Below are positions 57,789-64,000 of a DNA stretch of 64,000 nucleotides, piece after piece. The stretch is from Phoronis australis (lineage: Eukaryota > Animalia > Phoronida): positions 573,942-637,941 of the forward strand of contig NMRA01000177.1 in the NCBI GenBank assembly GCA_002633005.1. Reading direction: 5' to 3'. The notes below the pieces were generated by a model. The model did not search any database. It was not told where the DNA came from and worked only from the letters and a program-made list of their open reading frames with translations. Position 1 is the first letter of the stretch, and the number at the start of each line of letters is the position of its first letter. The translations under genes were made by a program, and so were the position numbers.

Positions 57789-60700
57789 CTGGAAAAGAGT
57801 AAGAATCTCAGTAAACAATGGAGAGTTCAAATGAAACCAGTGAACAAACCTGCACAGAATTCACACCTTACTATCAGCCCAGGGAATCTCCCACTATTAG
57901 GAGCCTGTTGCCTTTTCACACATCGTCTCGAGTGATTGAATACACACATCATTACATGGTAATTAAGGGGGAATAGTGGTCGAAAGTGATATATTTGTCT
58001 CTGGCAGGATTTTTCATCCTCTGATATTGTCTCCGGTACCCACTTTCCTCACTAATCCATTTCAACTTCATTTGGACGACGCTGAAATCATGGAATGCTT
58101 AATTGCCACATTAAACATAAGATTAGTACTTCTGCCAAAAAGAGAATTCAAAAGATGGCGCTGCTGGTACGTGAATGTTTTAAAACGTAGACAATGCTTG
58201 CTACACCAATCACCTTATATGTTCCTTCTGATGCGTTCCACATTATCAAGTCAGGCAGACCGCTGTGCCAGTGACGCAAGTCGGTACAGAACTTCTCAAA
58301 GATGGCTGCCAAAAACTCTCCTTTCAGGCAAGATATAAGATCCTACGGAAAGAGCATCAAGACATGTGGTAAATGTTTGCTTGAATTTCTCCAAATCCAC
58401 TTTTCCACCAGCTTTCACCTACCAACACATCACAAGTTGTCAAAAGTTTTATTTTAAAACAATTCGGATAAAGACACCAACCAACACTTTACAATTCAAG
58501 CATGAAATAAACATAACAAACAAAGTAAGACGTAAAAACAGATATCAAATTGTTTGCAAAGGGAAAGTATACAATATAGTTAATAGCATTTGAAATTAGG
58601 GGAACCTAGTGTACATGTGATTTACATATTCATGGAATTAAATTAACATAGTCACTTTAAGCTCATTCAATACTGGCATCTTACCTGGACCTGACTAAGA
58701 CTAGAGAATATCTCCCAACTGACTAAAGAACATAGGGTGCCATAATGATTAGTCCAGGTTTCTCCAACCATCTCTTGTAAGACCTAATACAAAGTAAATG
58801 AACATAGAACATACAGAGGTCAATACTGCACAATGACAGTACCAGACAAAAGTAATCAAACAAAATACCATTTTCCTGTCATGACGGCTAATTCTGTTAA
58901 CAGCGAAAATGACTGCTAATAATTGTTAGGTTGGAAAAATTCAAATTACAGAAAAACTTAGCCACAATTAATTCCCCTTCAATCGTCATGAGAGAGAAGA
59001 CTCGTCTGACAGTGAATTTGGCTTTCACTCCGTCGTCATGACGAGGAATTTCGGGTTACTTTGTCTGAGTACTTTTGGTTTGTACAGTACATTCTGTTAA
59101 TCCCTATCGTGTTTCCATTCAGAATGTATCATTAAAGGTCAAAATTTTCAGTAAGGACGAAGAAAACCGAACTTAACTGTAAACGACACCAAAAGCCAGA
59201 TGTTAGTGAAGGTCTATTAATGCTCTTCTGCAAAGATGACTGGACGAGAGAAACTGACATCTAATGACAAATGAAAGGATACCTGTACATCGCTAATGCG
59301 TATTTTGTTGAGTAATTCATCGATGGAGCCCTTGCGAGACTTGTAGAAATTGAGCGTGTTGATGTCAAGTGGCTCCATTTGATACGGGCTATAGAACACG
59401 TCTGCTATGTTTTCCATGAAGATGACTTCCCAGAAAAAGAGACCGAACATTGTAAGGTACACTGACCCTTCACCATGGATACCTGCGACAAGATTTATGT
59501 AAGTATTCGAAAAGCATAGACTTACCCCAAGTTCACATTTCTTGTTAGTGCACTTTATTTACACAAAGATAAAGGTGTAAATAAATCATACTTGAACATA
59601 AGTGTCAAAATACTGGATAGAGACTGTTTGGTTCAGGAGAGGGGCTGAAGGAAGCAATCCATGGGAGAATCAAAAAACTATCTCTATGTAGGTTTGGCGG
59701 ACTGTCTTCAATTCACCTCATAGCTTCACCTTTGAACCCTTACTAGATGAGTAAAAACTTTCATTCATAACTTCATTAATTTTGCACAATCAATTAGAGC
59801 ACGCATGATATTACACTGCGTTAGAAATGAAAACAGAAAATGATAGGTTGTTGATGTTGCGATAGGTTATGAAACTAGCAATGGAGATGACGTAAAAAAT
59901 TCTGAAAATCAGTCTCAAGGGCAGAAGTTGAAACGGTTTGAAATGAATAATACATCAACCACTTTTGTAAGCAGTTTGTCTACCTCGGCAAATGACAAAA
60001 AATGCCTATTTTCGTACAGAATTCTTCTACTACAACAGGGTGCTGATCTAGTAACCAGGTTATTCAGATTTGGAATAAAGGACAAGAATTATCATTTATT
60101 CCTAGAGGTTAACTAATTAGACAAGTTGGAGGTCATGCATTTGATTTAAATATATATTCACGACAGTCATCAGAATTCAAAATGTTGTAATTACTCACCA
60201 AGGGTTTTTGAAGTAAGTTAATCCATTTTACAACTTTCTGCCATTGTGTATTGTAATTTTGTCCACAAATGGAGGTTTTAGTATTAAAAAGTAAGTAAAT
60301 AAACATGATACCATCAGCATATCCCAAGTTTGACTTGTAGTGTTCCATCACCAGCTGTTCTACTCTACACAGTGTAATCTCTTCCTCTCCGAGACTGGTG
60401 TCAGACGTCTGGGTAATGAATACAGTCTTACGGCCAGGGACCTCGCGGGGAAACAGTCTGCCCTCTATTGTTATCTGGGGGAAACAATGAGATTAACATA
60501 TTGCCAATAATTTTATATGTCCCATTGAAGTAAAGTTCTACTTATGTTAATGGTATTATGTACATAATCGAAGTACCACAAACACAACAGACCAATCAAA
60601 TTCAAATGTCACTAGACACAAAAGTCAATTTCAAAGTTCTGTTGATATGAAACAATTTCTGTGCAGAAAAGCTATATGAGGTTAAGATTCTCCAATCTGG

Positions 60701-62899
60701 GACAGCCTCCAGAATTTGGGACATAGGACTCCCGGAAAAATTGAATTTGCTTAATTTTGGAATTTGGACAGTTTTGACATTCACCATAATTCTCAAGCTT
60801 TGAACAATTTGTTTTCAATCTACAGAGTGGGTAATTTTGCCATCTTTCCTTTGATTCTTGAGTTTGGCACCTCTGTTTCTAGAAGTTGAAACAAGCTCTG
60901 ACCTTGAGCAAAGCAATTAATTTCTCACTATCCAAAATTGGAGAATGTTTGACATAGCATCCCAAGTATTCTGGGACAAAAAAGTGGACTGAAATAAACT
61001 TAAGCAAATAATTCAAAACAAAACCTATGATGAAATAAAGGCAGACTTGGCAATACACAGATATGAAAATACACATAAAAGAAATGGTAAATTACGGAAA
61101 CATAAATTGGGAATTTGTCCTCAAAAACAAAACCAATGAAGGTCATGTTAACCTACCTTGTTCACAAACTGAATTTCTTCGTGTTGAAAGTCATCCAGCC
61201 TCTCTTTCAACTTCTTGTTGCTAGGCGACAAGCAAATCCGTCGTGCGCGTTGATACAGTGACCACCTGTGGCTACCCCGGATGTGTGGATCATTAAGTGC
61301 ACTTTTTATGATGTCCAATGCCTTAGGGAAAATATAGCTCAGTTTACAACCTTGATTATATTGTTGATATGCAAGGAATACAGAATAAGATAAAGTACAA
61401 AATAAACATCTGCACACACAAATTTTTATGCTTTTCAAGGGTCATTAGCGGCAAGAAAAGTAATTTTCTGAGACCAGCCTCAGCACAGATTCAAACTTGG
61501 ATGCCTTGTAGTCAGTCTACTGGCTGGGCTAAATATCACTCGTTAAATGGCAGGGCACTGGCAGACAGTAGTGACAATTGTTGACATGTAATACAAGAGC
61601 AACGTGGAGCGTTGAAATGCGCACCGCAAAGAGTGCATCTAGGGTTGTTTATGTGTTTCATAAAAATGGCCACTAGATGGCGCAAAAACATACAATCTAT
61701 CTGAAAACGGCTACATGCCATCTCTTCTGTAATAGAAAGCTATTTACCAAATTTCATAAAAAATCTGTCAAGGAACTTCAGAGAAACAAAGGAAAATGGA
61801 AAAAATGAAATTGCCACTATGGGGCACAGTGTTCATTGGATCTGCCTAAAAGACGTCGTAGTCTATTGTTAGCTTCATATAATCCTGCAGTGGGTTTAGG
61901 AGATGCAGCTATGGGTGCAAACCAAAACAAAACTACCACTAGGAGACGCCACAGTAGTCGAAGTCATCATAGTCAACCGTCCTCTTCACACAGAGAACAT
62001 ATACTTCACTAGACGGACGGACGAGGATGATAGCATAAAAATCACAAAAAACACAATAGATTGTTTATTTAATAGCTCTTGTCAAAGCCAATAACATCGA
62101 AAAGTTTGTCCCATCCCACAATGATCCCAAAAATATGTTTTTGACCGTGAAACCGATAATATCCCTTTAGTACAATTCTCAGATAAGGCCAAAAACATAG
62201 CTGGTTCTGGTCTTCAGATGTATTGAAAATTGATACGGTATTTTTAGTTGGCTACTCTCCATTTGTTTTTTGCCTAAAACACAGAAAAGAATAAAATACA
62301 ATGGAAGAAGTCTATGATTTGAGTCCTTGCCTTTTAACACACCACTGGCTTTTAGAATGAGTGATCTTTTCATTTGTTTTGTATACGTCTATTTGTCTTC
62401 CTTCTAACACTTGATCCATCATATTGAAAGACTAAACTGGAGAACACATTGGACTAAGATTTCTGCACATGTTCCTCAACTCATTGGGGGCCAGCAGGTG
62501 CCATGAGAGTAGCTGTTATGTTGCCAGAAAGTCTTAATTTATACTCAAAATTCCAAATTTAAACAGCACCCACGGCATGTAATTCACACACAGTATATTT
62601 CATTTGGTATACGCTAACGAATATGTCTGCCCAAAGCCGTCAGGTAATGAGACGCAAATGATTTTCAAACCTTGTTCGGTTGCTTGAGATGCTGGTCCAA
62701 GTTCAAGGCCATTCTGTCACACCAGCGACCTCTATAGTCTGGCAGATAAACCTTCTGTTTCAGCAACAGCCTCAGTTGGTCCACAGCTGCTGTGTAGTCA
62801 CGTAACTTCTGTAGCACCTCTACGCCAAGAGTCATTGCACGAGTGAGAATGGACGAGGCCGTGAAGCACCTCAGAAATTCTGGGAGCCGTTTATCCCAC
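57678..62899 (-). CDS. FAN1: Fanconi-associated nuclease 1, 3' part (TPR and VRR-NUC), 7 exons, 5' end outside the window
   Basis: Spliced translation has the FAN1 motifs LPxFLRCFT, RGRWxDRxALNLxQHLK, GIHGEGS, GLPDL, EVKGPxDRLSxKQ and VEVCHVV; phases concordant. Confidence 0.95.
58214..58342 (-). CDS. FAN1: FAN1 exon (DLISCL...[16 protein letters not shown])
   Basis: Catalytic PD motif, gtag/gtgatt. Confidence 0.92.
58685..58783 (-). CDS. FAN1: FAN1 exon ([10 protein letters not shown]...[15 protein letters not shown])
   Basis: Resembles SLVSWDRFTSLQQAQ, ttag/gtaaga. Confidence 0.9.
59283..59482 (-). CDS. FAN1: FAN1 exon ([23 protein letters not shown]...QMEPLD)
   Basis: Motif match, gcag/gtatcc. 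Confidence 0.93.
60312..60474 (-). CDS. FAN1: FAN1 exon (ITIEGRLFP...[12 protein letters not shown])
   Basis: Motif match, cccag/gtatca. Confidence 0.9.
61157..61321 (-). CDS. FAN1: FAN1 exon ([26 protein letters not shown]...)
   Basis: Resembles DPEVRTGHRLSLYQRA, taag/gtaggt. Confidence 0.9.
61592..62050 (+). mobile_element. Possible Helentron-associated non-autonomous element in a FAN1 intron
   Basis: ACAAGAG head with short palindrome, GACGGACGGACG microsatellite, A-rich end. Confidence 0.35.
62671..62899 (-). CDS. FAN1: FAN1 exon ([13 protein letters not shown]...[13 protein letters not shown])
   Basis: Motif match, tttag/gtttga. Confidence 0.93.
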
Positions 62900-63121
62900 C
62901 TAAAATACAAACGACTTCATTACAAACCATGGCATTCCCACTTGGATGCAGTGAGCTGTGAATAAACCAGTGATGAAGCTGAGGCACTCACAGCTAGTCT
63001 TTTGTTAGAGGTGGATATGTCAACATGGCTATTGCGCCCCCTGTGGACCATTTTCTTTTTCATCAAAAATAACTTGAGACTTAAATCAAGGAAATTTGGT
63101 TTTGGGCTCCACACTAATTAA

Positions 63122-64000
63122 CCCTTATCCTGCTAAGCCTCTATTAAGACAACTTTCCCTGTGTGCTAAGCTAAGTAGGTCACCACTGCTGCTATGCACT
63201 GGGCTGTTATGAAGGTCACTCAGATTAATGACCTAACATTTTTAAATTGGAAATTTGAAGGGGTAATGTCAATTTCACATAAAAGTAGTCTGCACAAAAG
63301 TTGTTCAGAATTTAATGGAGTTTTTCACCATATACATATCTTTACCATCGTCTTGCTGTGAATAATTCTATTAACTTTCAAACTGGACACCCTTTGTTTT
63401 TATCTGTTTTCGCACATGAGAACATTATAGCTGACACTCAAAAACCGTAATAAGCATTTTTAAAAGGGAATTCATGGGATTTGCATGTTTAACAAAGCAG
63501 ATTTATTGTTTGTAACATCACATCTACAAACAAGAATGTACAGTATATAACATAGGGCCTACCTCAACTTTGCACGATAACAAATTTATGAGTGGTGCAG
63601 TCGCTTGCTAAAGTCTATTTTGAAGTTCACCTTGATATGCAAAAACTTGAAACACGGGTGGGGACACAAAGCTATTCTGTGAAAAAGTCACAAAAATATC
63701 TAGTTCTGAATGAGTTCCATGCGCGAAGGGCGTGAGCCAAGCATCGTCGTAGGCCCGTCCAAGTTCAGCTTCAGGGACCGGTAACTCCTCCAAAATTGCA
63801 CTGAGATCCGAATCGACAGAATCTGCATTACTTGTGACTGTTGTATTAGTTTCCCAGTCACTGTCACCGTCACTTTGAGTGCCAATTCCAGCTTGTTTTC
63901 ACTATCTGAGTCCATGAACACTTCCTCAAGAAACTGGTCAACAGTCATCTTACCACGTTTGGCACCAGCCAAGATAAAACTTGCGTAAACTTTCAAATAT
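63122..64000 (-). mobile_element. piggyBac-like deletion derivative in a FAN1 intron, runs off the window
   Basis: TTAA|CCCTT terminus at 63118-63126; frameshifted acidic N-terminal relic (MTVDQFLEEVFMDSDSE...SDGDSDWE...WLTPF). Confidence 0.6.

Noticed and set aside
63608-63996. Further FAN1 exon
   Set aside because: No FAN1 similarity, contains a frameshift; better explained as a transposase N-terminus

Overview
This is eukaryotic, intron-rich, AT-rich DNA. The domain content and transposon types suggest a marine invertebrate (inference); most short ORFs in the six-frame track are spurious. I reconstructed two spliced genes by hand. (1) + strand, 8093-51663: 23 coding exons with GT-AG boundaries and consistent phases, about 1049 aa, a secreted mosaic protein: signal peptide, C-type lectin, MAM, CCP, CUB, 3x CCP, MAM, Ser/Thr stalk, CUB, with no transmembrane segment. 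(2) - strand, about 57678-62899: the seven 3' coding exons of FAN1 (VRR-NUC nuclease, catalytic PD...EVK intact), convergent with gene 1, with its 5' part beyond the window. The introns are packed with non-autonomous DNA transposons whose TIRs and TSDs can be read directly. These include six CAG-ended elements with 5-bp TSDs, two head-to-head MITEs, a three-level nest with two THAP relics, a 5.2-kb TTAA-flanked element with a decayed YqaJ exonuclease, and a piggyBac derivative. An inverted repeat pair brackets exons 8-19 (1860 nt, in frame) in the geometry expected for back-splicing. No database searches were possible; family names come from recognised motifs.
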